Shown piece after piece: positions 18,801-24,969 of a stretch of 37,548 bases of DNA. This stretch comes from an uncultured bacterium (GTDB lineage: Bacteria; UBP14; UBA6098; B30-G16). Positions within the stretch are counted from its first letter, which is position 1, and each line of letters opens with the position of its first letter. Position numbers and translations under genes: made by a program. The DNA lies in NCBI GenBank assembly GCA_965552135.1, contig CBEVQY010000028.1:1-37548 (forward strand). The letters run 5' to 3'. The notes below the pieces were generated by a model. The model made no database searches and was not told where the DNA came from. It saw only the letters and a program-made list of their open reading frames with translations.

Positions 18801-20084
18801 CATGCACTCCGGCGTCGTCGGGTCGATTGCCATGAAGTGAATAGGAGCATCGGGCGGGCAGAGCGTTTCGCCCTCAGCAGGGACGAGGTCCACAACATAC
18901 GGCGGACACTCATCGGGCGGCGGCGGAGTGTAGAAGGTCACGCAGCCCTCGCCGACGTTGCCCGCAAGATCACGAACGGAAAGACAAAGAGAATAACACC
19001 CCAAGAAATCAAGCCCCAGCGAAGCCAAAGGACCCGAAACAGAACCGTAATCATACCCCCAAAAGGCCCAGAAATCGTCGACGTAGACGGTATCCTCCAT
19101 GTAGCAATCGATCAACCAGACGTTGACGGAGCTGGTATCGAGTCCATAGGAGTAGCAGGAGTAATCGCTTATGTTGGCGTGCCACAGCGTATCGGGACCG
19201 ACTCCGCACCACCACCTCTCCCCGTCGAAGTACAAGGTCTCCCCATCGATAGGGGCGGTGAAATTGACCTGAGGGGGGCAGGTGTCGGAGAGCTCGCACG
19301 TCTCCCAGGTGTTGCACTGCATATCCATGAAGTTTCCCGCGCTGTCGGCGATGGAGATGCACAGCGTGACCGGCACAAGGGGCGGGAATGGCTCGCCCGG
19401 ATGCGGCCAATGCACCACAAGACAGTGCATCGCGCCGGGGGTGAAGGTGCACTGGTCGGTTATGTTCGTAGCCGGACCCTCACCAACGGTCAGGACGACG
19501 TTCGCCGTGGCGGGGTTGACGCCCGTGGCGACCTCGCAGTCAAGGGTGTTGTCGCAAACGACGACCTCAAGCCACGAATCCCTCGGAAGACAAACGGTGT
19601 CGGGCGGCTGCCAATCAACAACCATCGGCGGACAAATATCCCCCTCCAAGGGCGCGGTGTAGAACACAACGCTGCCGAAACCCTGATTCCCGCTGTAGTC
19701 AGAAATCCAACAGCCAAGCTCGTAGCAGTTCCCACCCTCAAGACCGAGCAAGTCGAAAGCACCCCAAGCGTGACCGTACTCGAAGCCGAAACCGACATCA
19801 TAGCCGGAGACAAGCGTCCAAACGGTGTCGGCACAAAGCCTGACCTTGATGTGCAAAGATAACGTATCTACCCCCGAGGACGGCGTGGGATCGTACCAGT
19901 GAACGCTGAACTGTGAATCCATAGTCGCCGGGCGAATCCACGTTGTGCCGTTGAAGTACAACGTCTCCCCAGGCACAGGAGAGGTCCAGTTAACCTCAGG
20001 CGGATATAGATCAGAGGTCTGAGCAATACACACACACGGCACAAGGACCAAAAACCCAAAAGCCAAATACCTCGCCAAACGCAT
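12828..20084 (-). CDS. Giant secreted Cys/Asp-rich Ig-like repeat protein with three carboxypeptidase-regulatory-like domains and a T9SS type A-like CTD
   Basis: RBS aaggaggtg; signal peptide; 15 clear D.CPP.V..W.P ... D.AGN repeats of ~110-125 aa plus 2 degenerate ones; YVVAGFVTD / YRISGGVED / YTVFGTVY domains; C-terminus PNPFNEAT..WDARGLSSGVYF..LLLVR. Confidence 0.9.
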   Translation of the reverse strand: MRLARYLAFGFLVLVPCVCIAQTSDLYPPEVNWTSPVPGETLYFNGTTWIRPATMDSQFSVHWYDPTPSSGVDTLSLHIKVRLCADTVWTLVSGYDVGFGFEYGHAWGAFDLLGLEGGNCYELGCWISDYSGNQGFGSVVFYTAPLEGDICPPMVVDWQPPDTVCLPRDSWLEVVVCDNTLDCEVATGVNPATANVVLTVGEGPATNITDQCTFTPGAMHCLVVHWPHPGEPFPPLVPVTLCISIADSAGNFMDMQCNTWETCELSDTCPPQVNFTAPIDGETLYFDGERWWCGVGPDTLWHANISDYSCYSYGLDTSSVNVWLIDCYMEDTVYVDDFWAFWGYDYGSVSGPLASLGLDFLGCYSLCLSVRDLAGNVGEGCVTFYTPPPPDECPPYVVDLVPAEGETLCPPDAPIHFMAIDPTTPECMCSGILLDGAYTHFTLITPETTYYLAPDYGAGYDPFSSCSVYFWLDTAYYDLDFGAEVTLVLDIYDYEWNWYHDTVSFYVCSPSLEDTCPPYVSEWHPAEGETLCPPDGSIWFHVVDPHGDGCICSGIIYVEAELSVPGGVYILTEGAGLFRDGDSCSALFVLDTSYYSIPYGVSVNLLVHAYDGAGHVLWDDVDFYVCSPPPEDTCAPFVDHWFPPSDSCIMPDATLGVLICDDDACPLSGVVPGSVSVSISVGGGEPVDVTDDCYFDSAGYGCLYVVWTPDSASPLPEGADVMMCVRAADGAGNVLEDCNTWYVCGGVEEDTCPPYVSEWHPAEGETLCPPDGSIWFHVVDPHGDGCICSGIIYVEAELSVPGGVYILTEGAGLFRDGDSCSALFVLDTSYYSIPYGVSVNLLVHAYDGAGHVLWDDVDFYVCSPPPEDTCAPFVDHWFPPSDSCIMPDATLGVLICDDDACPLSGVVPGSVSVSISVGGGEPVDVTDDCYFDSAGYGCLYVVWTPDSASPLPEGADVMMCVRAADGAGNVLEDCNTWYVCGGVEEDVCPPAVVEWLPEGCIPPGGGWAVYIVDPCDSFECPVATGVDTLNFAVTLAVGSDTLDVTGECEASSWGGYGLVLEWYPVGWSLPPDVDVTVCVTVRDYAGNVGEDCHTYHTCPAETLDACAPYVLDWHPSEGDTLCAPFGPIWFRVVDPVDSVECPICSGVDVSSVEVELFNAGHTFVLTVGAGLLYEPVWECVTDFVLDDAYYYLELGTGATLCVSGADNAGNDFFDCITFVVCDTGHVPVDTCPPVVEWATPLEGDTLVFYEGSWHALSHGDTMFWVGFSEFGCPPSGLADGSVHIYVAPCGGEAVEVDGYDFYLSWDYGAAWGSFELLGLEPGGCYWLCAHVADSAGNESESCVTFFTAELPETADYCPPVVTSWFPEVDTCLPVESALGFVLVDPEGGECGFASGVDTSTMVVTVTFGYDSAFDITGQCEVVVSEGGVGVEWHHAGMLLPECERVLLCVSAADHAGNDMEACYDWHTCCPVETVDVCPPVAELELPDTAECIPADTGVLVVDVYDPFDYEECPVVTGVDESTVTVTVVVDDNPPLDVTADCALVPLGSGYRISWIYGGLPEGEDVTLCVAAADHAGNWLDPSACFTWHTCPPAETTDVWPPCFSDWHPADGEENVPLEANVTLSICDLCEGSGFATGVDTASIEAHMFAVTSDDDTVEISFEMYLEPIYCAGYAVMLVPLDGLPACADVYVHVVAGDYAGNVSDDGVHFSTYCAPETVDVWPPCVYDVVPAPGSEVVPPVSVGAALCDLCPGAEFATGVDSSTIRMTVNGEDVTDELGFAPLDCYGWGVYWYADWLPGGEYEVRLWGADFAGNLVDTCWSFTVIVPDTLVEVEVLEPEDSAWTSCVDQHIVALFVDGVPAGEFTFTVDGETYSLTSPEVELLGDTMVFVPSEPFDEGWHWYHIGTAWGHFGVDTTAPEITIAHCGDTLDAPPDLITIHFVDDGAGVDEASVVVTISSAVFTVDSPGVSWDPEHGVFSIDPVEAGLDLEGEVEVCGAANDAPDYCEPNAALTCCSFWVISPATYVVAGFVTDTVADEPVEGVHIIGLHFLGAPFVVRTTTDADGFFCFNLTEGVWFFALFDSTFTYPPVFWDGHFYPFDADPVVLDASVTDTVWVNFDVAPIMHSFYRISGGVEDESGSTIRGAFVVAIATADDDDDEELSVSFGISDEMGHFELPAKSGGSYYLMAYARGFAPAFVGAGWHWDSADTFAVEGDVTGVNFVLGSTLPDTGAYTVFGTVYREVPTAFDVEPFRGVMVCLCDVASGEPLYCGLSDTDGGYEIEGVPAGVYRLEAERAFYVCQGEWYNVDASDSLPHDIYLQHYTAGIVEGGKVPKEAVIVGARPNPFNEATSVEFFVPSGGSVELDIVDISGRTVDRLLSGFVPAGRYVAVWDARGLSSGVYFARLRAGGRESLLRLLLVR
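17128..18548. repeat. Tandem direct repeat, 708-bp period (two copies, 236 aa each, in frame)
   Basis: 17128-17840 matches 17836-18548. Alternative-frame ORFs 17378..17665/18086..18373 and 17290..17478/17998..18186 translate identically, and no mismatch was seen in spot checks. Confidence 0.95.
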
Positions 20085-20118
20085 CTTGACACCTCCTTGA
20101 CTGAACTTTCAACTTCAA

Positions 20119-20146
20119 ATTTTAATCAAAAAACGACTACAGTCAA
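20119..20146 (-). promoter_or_regulatory. sigma70-type promoter for the 2418-aa gene
   Basis: Minus strand TTGACT, 16-nt spacer, TAAAAT, about 35 nt upstream of the start codon. Confidence 0.55.
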
Positions 20147-20180
20147 ACCGATTTTTTCGCCCGAGCCCGCCAATGTTGTA

Positions 20181-20196
20181 GGCAAAAACTGTGCCA
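20181..20196 (-). promoter_or_regulatory. sigma54 (-24/-12) promoter
   Basis: Minus strand TGGCAC-AGTTT-TTGCC matches the TGGCAC-N5-TTGC consensus with correct GG-N10-GC spacing and points at the gene starting at 20084. Confidence 0.75.
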
Positions 20197-20363
20197 CTTC
20201 GCGCAACAAAAGCCTTTACAACAAATTAGGCGAAGGAAAGCGAGGGAGGTTATGTAATCAGTTCATAACGCAAATCTCTGCGCGGAGCGAGCTATTGACG
20301 CAACCGGTCGTCTTACAAAAGATTTTCACGCCTGGAACGAAAGATGACAGTGTTATAAAAATA

Positions 20364-20894
20364 TCACTTCGAAAACCTGCTCTCGAACTCCTCCACAAAC
20401 GCCTTGTATATGCCCTCGTTGTGCAGGATTATTCTCACCTCCTTGAGGGATGTGGAGGAAAGGAGCCCGTCGATGAGCTGCTCCACCATCACCTTGGCAG
20501 CCTGCTTGGCGGGGAACTTGCCCATGCCCGTGCCGAAGGCGGGCATGGCGAGTGTCTTTATCCCGAGCTCGTCGGCTTTTTTGATGAGGCTCCGCACGCC
20601 GCGCCCTATCGTCTCCTCGGTGGGTTTCAGGTCCTGACCCATTATGACGGCGTGCAGTATGTGCTTGATGGGAAGCTCTCCAGCTGAGGTCACCGCAACC
20701 TCGCCCACGGGGAGAGGACCCTGTTTCATAGCCTCGGTCTCGACGTCCTCGCCTGCCTTCTGCTTCAGAGTATCCGCCAAACGACCGCCCATCCAAAGCC
20801 TGTCGTTTGCTGCAACGGCTATGGCGTCAACGTCCTGCTCGGTGATGTCGCCCTGCTCAACGACGACCTTCGTCCCCCCAATGTGAACCTCCAT
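20364..20894 (-). CDS. Macro domain (ADP-ribose-binding, Appr-1-p processing family) protein
   Basis: QGDITEQDVDAI..AAN..L.MGG, GEVAVTSAGEL, ILHAV, MPAFGTG; RBS aaggagg. Confidence 0.93.
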   Translation of the reverse strand: MEVHIGGTKVVVEQGDITEQDVDAIAVAANDRLWMGGRLADTLKQKAGEDVETEAMKQGPLPVGEVAVTSAGELPIKHILHAVIMGQDLKPTEETIGRGVRSLIKKADELGIKTLAMPAFGTGMGKFPAKQAAKVMVEQLIDGLLSSTSLKEVRIILHNEGIYKAFVEEFESRFSK

Positions 20895-20936
20895 CGCAAG
20901 CCTCCTTGGTGAAAGGCTTGTGACAAAAAGGAAAAA

Positions 20937-21425
20937 TCAGTCGCCAACAACCCTTGACCTTACAATCCAGGCATCGGGGTAGCCTGCGCTTTTGACCCTG
21001 TACAAAAGCTCCTCAGCCTCGTCTGCGCTTGTGCAGTTGCCAATGCGAACCTTATAATATGGTGGATCAAACTCCACAACTACCTTCTCCTCAAGCCTCG
21101 CGCGGGCTGCAGAAGCAACCGATTCCGCGTCCTCCTCGCTTAGGGTAAGGTATATTTGAACCTTGTATCCCCATCCCTCCCTCTCTGCGCGAACCGCTTC
21201 AGTGCGCGACTCAACCGATGCGAAAAGCCTTTGCTCATCTTCGCCCTCAGCCTCCTTTGGCGGAGGATCACGGTGCTCGACCAGGGAGTTGGGGAGCTCC
21301 TGGGCGAAGCGGGGGATCGTGTAGCTGCACTCCTGCTTTTGGACCGGGCGCCCGCCCCGAAAGTACATGCATCCGCACAAAAGCAGCGCAAAAAGCAAGG
21401 CGATGTGGGGTCCTCTCCTCATCAT
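20937..21425 (-). CDS. SPOR-domain lipoprotein
   Basis: Lipobox LLLCG-C; GYKVQI..SEEDAE..PYYKVRIG..EAEELL..GYPDAWIV. Start is 21425 or 21422. Confidence 0.85.
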   Translation of the reverse strand: MMRRGPHIALLFALLLCGCMYFRGGRPVQKQECSYTIPRFAQELPNSLVEHRDPPPKEAEGEDEQRLFASVESRTEAVRAEREGWGYKVQIYLTLSEEDAESVASAARARLEEKVVVEFDPPYYKVRIGNCTSADEAEELLYRVKSAGYPDAWIVRSRVVGD

Positions 21426-21426
21426 C

Positions 21427-22515
21427 TCACAAAAACTTCTCAAGATCTGGGTTCTCCTTGAGCACCTTCACGAGCTCGCGCAGGTGCGGGATCTTGGTTT
21501 TGTTCATAACGAGCACGACGTCTTCGACCCTGACGACGACGACGTCGGATATGCCGAAGGTTACCACAAGCCCCTCGGCGTCGTTGTAGACGGTGGTTTC
21601 GTAGGTCTCAAGCAGGAGGGACTTTCCCGACCCCGCCACGACGTTGTTGAACCTATCGCGCTCCAGAACGCGCTCAAGCGCGTTCCAGTTGCCAACGTCG
21701 TCCCACTGAAACGTCCCCCACAAAACGGCAACGTCGGAGGACTTCTCAAGTATTGCGTAGTCGAAGCTTATCGATGGGGCGGAGGCGTAGACCTCCCTCA
21801 GGACCTCGTCGGGGTTGCCCGAGCCGAATGCGTCGATGTATCGCCTGAAGCCTGCGGCAAGTTCGGGCAGAAATTTCCCCGCCTCATCCAAAACCTTCCC
21901 AGCGCGCATTATGAAGTTGCCGCTGTTCCAGAGGTACTTGCCCGAAAGGTAAAACTCCTGCGCCCGCACCCGCGAAGGCTTCTCCTTGAACGACTCAACG
22001 TCCATGCAGCGTATCTCGTCGTACTCCGCAAGCTTTTCGCCAACCTGAATGTATCCGTACTCCGTTTCGGCGCGGGTGGGTTGTATCCCCAAAAGGATGA
22101 GCCTGTCGAGGTTTACCGCTGCCTGCTTTGCGGCTGCGAGGGAGTTGCGGAAGAGCTCCGGCGGGTCGATGTAGTGGTCGGACGCGAGCGTGTACATAAT
22201 GCCGTCGCCGTAGCGGGCGATGATGTACGCGGCGGCGAAACAGACGGCAGGAGCGGTGTTTTTGCCCTCGGGCTCCACAAGGTAGTTTTCGGGGGGTATG
22301 TCGGGGTGCATCTCCTGCAGAAGGGGGGCAAGGTCGGCGCCGGTCACAATAAATGTCCTCTCCATGGGGACCATAGGCAGCGTGCGCTCGATGGTTTCGC
22401 GCAGCATCGTCCGATCCGAAAGGAGCCTTAGCACCTGCTTCGGGCGCCTCCTGCGGCTCGTCGGCCAAAAACGCTCGCCTCTCCCCCCAGCAAGAACCAC
22501 CACAAAATCGTCCAT
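21427..22515 (-). CDS. manC: Mannose-1-phosphate guanylyltransferase
   Basis: LAGGRGERFWPTSR..PKQ, EPEGKNTAPA, SDHYI, ETEYGYI, FKEKP, WNSG, SFDYAILEK, WDDVGNW. Confidence 0.94.
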   Translation of the reverse strand: MDDFVVVLAGGRGERFWPTSRRRRPKQVLRLLSDRTMLRETIERTLPMVPMERTFIVTGADLAPLLQEMHPDIPPENYLVEPEGKNTAPAVCFAAAYIIARYGDGIMYTLASDHYIDPPELFRNSLAAAKQAAVNLDRLILLGIQPTRAETEYGYIQVGEKLAEYDEIRCMDVESFKEKPSRVRAQEFYLSGKYLWNSGNFIMRAGKVLDEAGKFLPELAAGFRRYIDAFGSGNPDEVLREVYASAPSISFDYAILEKSSDVAVLWGTFQWDDVGNWNALERVLERDRFNNVVAGSGKSLLLETYETTVYNDAEGLVVTFGISDVVVVRVEDVVLVMNKTKIPHLRELVKVLKENPDLEKFL

Positions 22516-22545
22516 CGCAAAAACCCCTTGCAGAAAGCTAAACCC

Positions 22546-22574
22546 AAAATACCAAAGCCAAACCCAAGTGTCAA
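22546..22574 (-). promoter_or_regulatory. sigma70-type promoter for manC-SPOR-macro
   Basis: Minus strand TTGACA, 17-nt spacer, TATTTT, with TG extended -10. Confidence 0.65.
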
Positions 22575-22580
22575 ATGCTT

Positions 22581-22610
22581 TTGGCTTGATGGGGTTTTTG
22601 TCGCTATAAT
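22581..22610 (+). promoter_or_regulatory. sigma70-type promoter for queA
   Basis: TTGGCT, 18-nt spacer, perfect TATAAT (22605-22610), 6 nt before the GTG at 22617. Confidence 0.6.
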
Positions 22611-22616
22611 TAAACT

Positions 22617-23681
22617 GTGGTCGCTGTTCCCGAAAAGTTTCGGCTTTCGACCTACGACTACGAGCTTCCGCGCGAGCTTATAGCGCAGCAGCCCGCGCAT
22701 CCGCGCGACTCATCGAGGCTTTTGGTCCTCGACGCCGACGGTAACATCACCGAGGCTATCTTCCGCGACCTGCCGAAGTTCCTGAAACCAGGCGACCTGC
22801 TCGTCCTAAACGATACCAAGGTTTATCCCGTTCGTCTTTTCGGTCGCAAGCCGACGGGCGGGCGGGTTGAGCTTTTGCTCATCGAAAACGAGGGCGAGGG
22901 TCTATGGCGCGCGCTCGTAAGACCCGGTCGCCGAACGAGGGCGGGGACGGAGGTAAGGATAAGCGAAGACCTTTGGGCTCGCATCGTTTCCGTGGAGGAC
23001 GACGGCTCGAGGTTGGTGAAGTTCAGCCTTTCGGGCAAGCGCTTTTGGGACGAGCTTGAGCGGGTGGGGCATACACCCCTGCCCCCCTACATCGACCGAC
23101 CCGACACCGAAGCCGACCGCCACCGATATCAAACGGTCTACGCATCATCGCCCTGGTCTGTGGCTGCGCCAACCGCCGGGCTCCACTTCACCGAAGAACT
23201 CCTCAAAACGCTTCGGAAGTGCGGCGTGAGGCTCGCGAGAATCACCCTCAACGTCGGCTGGGGAACCTTCAAGCCGATAGAGGTGGAGGACATAAGGGAG
23301 CACAGGATGCACAGGGAGTACTTCTCCATCCCCGCCGAGGCTGCGGAGCAGATAAATTCCGTCCGCGCCGCGGGCGGAAGGGTGATAGCCGTCGGCACGA
23401 CCACAACCCGAGCGCTCGAGACCGCAGCAAGAAAGGGCTTGCCCGTAAAACCTCAAAGCGGATGGACGGAGCTTTATATCTACCCCTCCTTCGAGTTTAA
23501 GGTCGTCGACGGTATGATAACGAATTTCCACTTGCCAAAGTCGTCGCTTATTGTTATGGTTTCGGCGTTCGCGGGGATAGAGAACATAAAGAGAGCCTAC
23601 GCCTACGCGATAAGCCGTCGCTTCAGGTTCTATTCGTACGGCGACGCCATGCTTCTTTGGCGCGCCCGGCAGAGAAAATAG
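22617..23681 (+). CDS. queA: S-adenosylmethionine:tRNA ribosyltransferase-isomerase
   Basis: YDYELPRELIAQQP..RDSSRLL, NDTKV, PLPPYI, YQTVY, VAAPTAGLHFT, AVGTTTTRALE, TNFHLPKS, FYSYGDAM. Confidence 0.97.
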   Translation: MVAVPEKFRLSTYDYELPRELIAQQPAHPRDSSRLLVLDADGNITEAIFRDLPKFLKPGDLLVLNDTKVYPVRLFGRKPTGGRVELLLIENEGEGLWRALVRPGRRTRAGTEVRISEDLWARIVSVEDDGSRLVKFSLSGKRFWDELERVGHTPLPPYIDRPDTEADRHRYQTVYASSPWSVAAPTAGLHFTEELLKTLRKCGVRLARITLNVGWGTFKPIEVEDIREHRMHREYFSIPAEAAEQINSVRAAGGRVIAVGTTTTRALETAARKGLPVKPQSGWTELYIYPSFEFKVVDGMITNFHLPKSSLIVMVSAFAGIENIKRAYAYAISRRFRFYSYGDAMLLWRARQRK

Positions 23682-23696
23682 AAAAAGGGGGACGCA

Positions 23697-24422
23697 ATGG
23701 TTGGGTTTGCCCTGCTTTTGGTTGTTTCGTTTTGCCCTGCGCTGCAGCCGGGGAGGATCGTCCACTGTCCCACGGCGGGGATGCCCTCGCACCTGCAGCT
23801 TGCCGTCGACGTCCTCGCCTTCCCCGAGGATGGTCTGCGCGTCGGCGCCTCTGTGGGGCTTTGGGAGGGGTTGGAGCTTGGCGCCTCGTACGGCGCGCTC
23901 AGGCTCATCGGGCGCGGATCGGTTGAGCTTGATCCAAAACCCGAGTGGCTCGTCAAGCTGCGAATACTCTCCGAGGGCATAAAGCGCCCGGCGATAGCCA
24001 TAGGCGTCGACACGCGTGGCTTCGGTCCGTACGACGAGGCGCTCGACCGCTACGAGCAGAAGTCGCGCGGGGCTTTCGTCGTCGCGAGCAAGAACTGGTG
24101 GTGGCTTTACGGAAACCTGGGGGTCCACGCGGGGGTCAACTATTCCTTCGAGGAGGATTTCGCCCGCGGGTTCTCCGCCTTCGTCGGGATCGACAAGGAC
24201 GTGAAGGACGCGGTTGGTCTGCGCATCGAATACGACCTCGCCCCAGGCGACCACAAGCCCCCGCGCGGCAAAGGGCGCGGATTCCTCGCCGCGGCACTCT
24301 CCATCCACTGCGCCGAAAACGTGTGGATAAACCTCAACTTCGCCGACATCCTCGGAAACGCACCTGGAAAAACCTCCCCCGCAAGGGAACTCTTCGTCTC
24401 CTTCGCCTCGAAGCCCTTCTGA
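23697..24422 (+). CDS. Putative outer-membrane beta-barrel protein (YjbH-like)
   Basis: Signal peptide, G.I..PTA start, alternating amphipathic strands (PAIAIG, FVVASK, GVHAG, FVGIDK, EYD), C-terminal Phe. Confidence 0.7.
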   Translation: MVGFALLLVVSFCPALQPGRIVHCPTAGMPSHLQLAVDVLAFPEDGLRVGASVGLWEGLELGASYGALRLIGRGSVELDPKPEWLVKLRILSEGIKRPAIAIGVDTRGFGPYDEALDRYEQKSRGAFVVASKNWWWLYGNLGVHAGVNYSFEEDFARGFSAFVGIDKDVKDAVGLRIEYDLAPGDHKPPRGKGRGFLAAALSIHCAENVWINLNFADILGNAPGKTSPARELFVSFASKPF

Positions 24423-24427
24423 CGTTG

Positions 24428-24465
24428 TGGGTGAAATCGCCCAGTTCGCTGGGTGATATCGCCCA
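24428..24465. promoter_or_regulatory. Tandem 16-bp palindromic operator/enhancer sites (candidate sigma54 activator UAS)
   Basis: tgggtgaaatcgccca (24428-24443) and tgggtgatatcgccca (24450-24465): 15/16 identical, each an imperfect palindrome, 22-bp period. Confidence 0.7.
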
Positions 24466-24517
24466 ATCCCAGCACGGTGCCGCGGGATAACCCGTTGCAA
24501 ATCAACGCGATCACGTT

Positions 24518-24533
24518 TGGCACGGCAAGTGCT
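24518..24533 (+). promoter_or_regulatory. sigma54 (-24/-12) promoter
   Basis: TGGCAC-GGCAA-GTGCT with GG-N10-GC spacing, 35 nt upstream of ATG 24568. Confidence 0.7.
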
Positions 24534-24567
24534 TCCAGCTTCGTGGAACAGCGTTGCGAGGTGGGAG

Positions 24568-24894
24568 ATGGCGAGGCGCAAGCTTCCAACAATGGTCGTC
24601 AAGTGTGCTCGTCCCGGCTGCGAGAACACCTTCGAGGTCAAGGTGGGCGCAAAGTACCAGAAGAAGTACTGCTCCCCGCGCTGCGCCGCTTTGGCGACGC
24701 GGGAGGCGCGCAAGCACAGGCGCAGAAAGAGAAAGTTCCCAAAAGCGCAGGGAAGGGAGCCTGTGAAGACCGTCTTCTCCATCGCTGACCTCCAAAACTT
24801 CCCCGTCAACTTCGACGAAAGCGACGGCGGAAGGTTCGCCGAGATCTGCAACGGGATCTTGAAGGGCGAGCTTGTTTTGGTGGGCGTTCTGTAG
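24568..24894 (+). CDS. Small basic zinc-finger protein (108 aa), function unknown
   Basis: RBS gaggtg; CARPGC..F..KKYCSPRC treble-clef-like Cys4 motif followed by a RKHRRRKRK basic tract; has its own promoter and terminator. Confidence 0.8.
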   Translation: MARRKLPTMVVKCARPGCENTFEVKVGAKYQKKYCSPRCAALATREARKHRRRKRKFPKAQGREPVKTVFSIADLQNFPVNFDESDGGRFAEICNGILKGELVLVGVL

Positions 24895-24933
24895 GGCGGC
24901 GAGCGCAGCCTCTGCAAAAACACACCTCCCCGT

Positions 24934-24969
24934 GCAGCCGAAGGACGAAAGGTCCTCGGCTGCTTTTTT
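24934..24969 (+). terminator. Rho-independent terminator
   Basis: gcagccgaaggac-gaaa-ggtcctcggctgc hairpin followed by tttttt. Confidence 0.75.

Noticed and set aside
13482..19862. Long plus-strand ORFs (569, 745 and 425 aa) opposite the giant gene
   Set aside because: Antisense shadows caused by biased codon usage; no RBS or recognisable motifs. The same applies to 23145..25520, 27232..28908 and 31249..33048.
20097..20687. 196-aa plus-strand ORF across the regulatory gap
   Set aside because: TTG start without an RBS, overlaps the macro gene antisense, and has no motifs.
24428..24465. Possible mini-CRISPR array
   Set aside because: Only two 16-bp units with a 6-nt spacer and no cas genes; it fits operator sites better.
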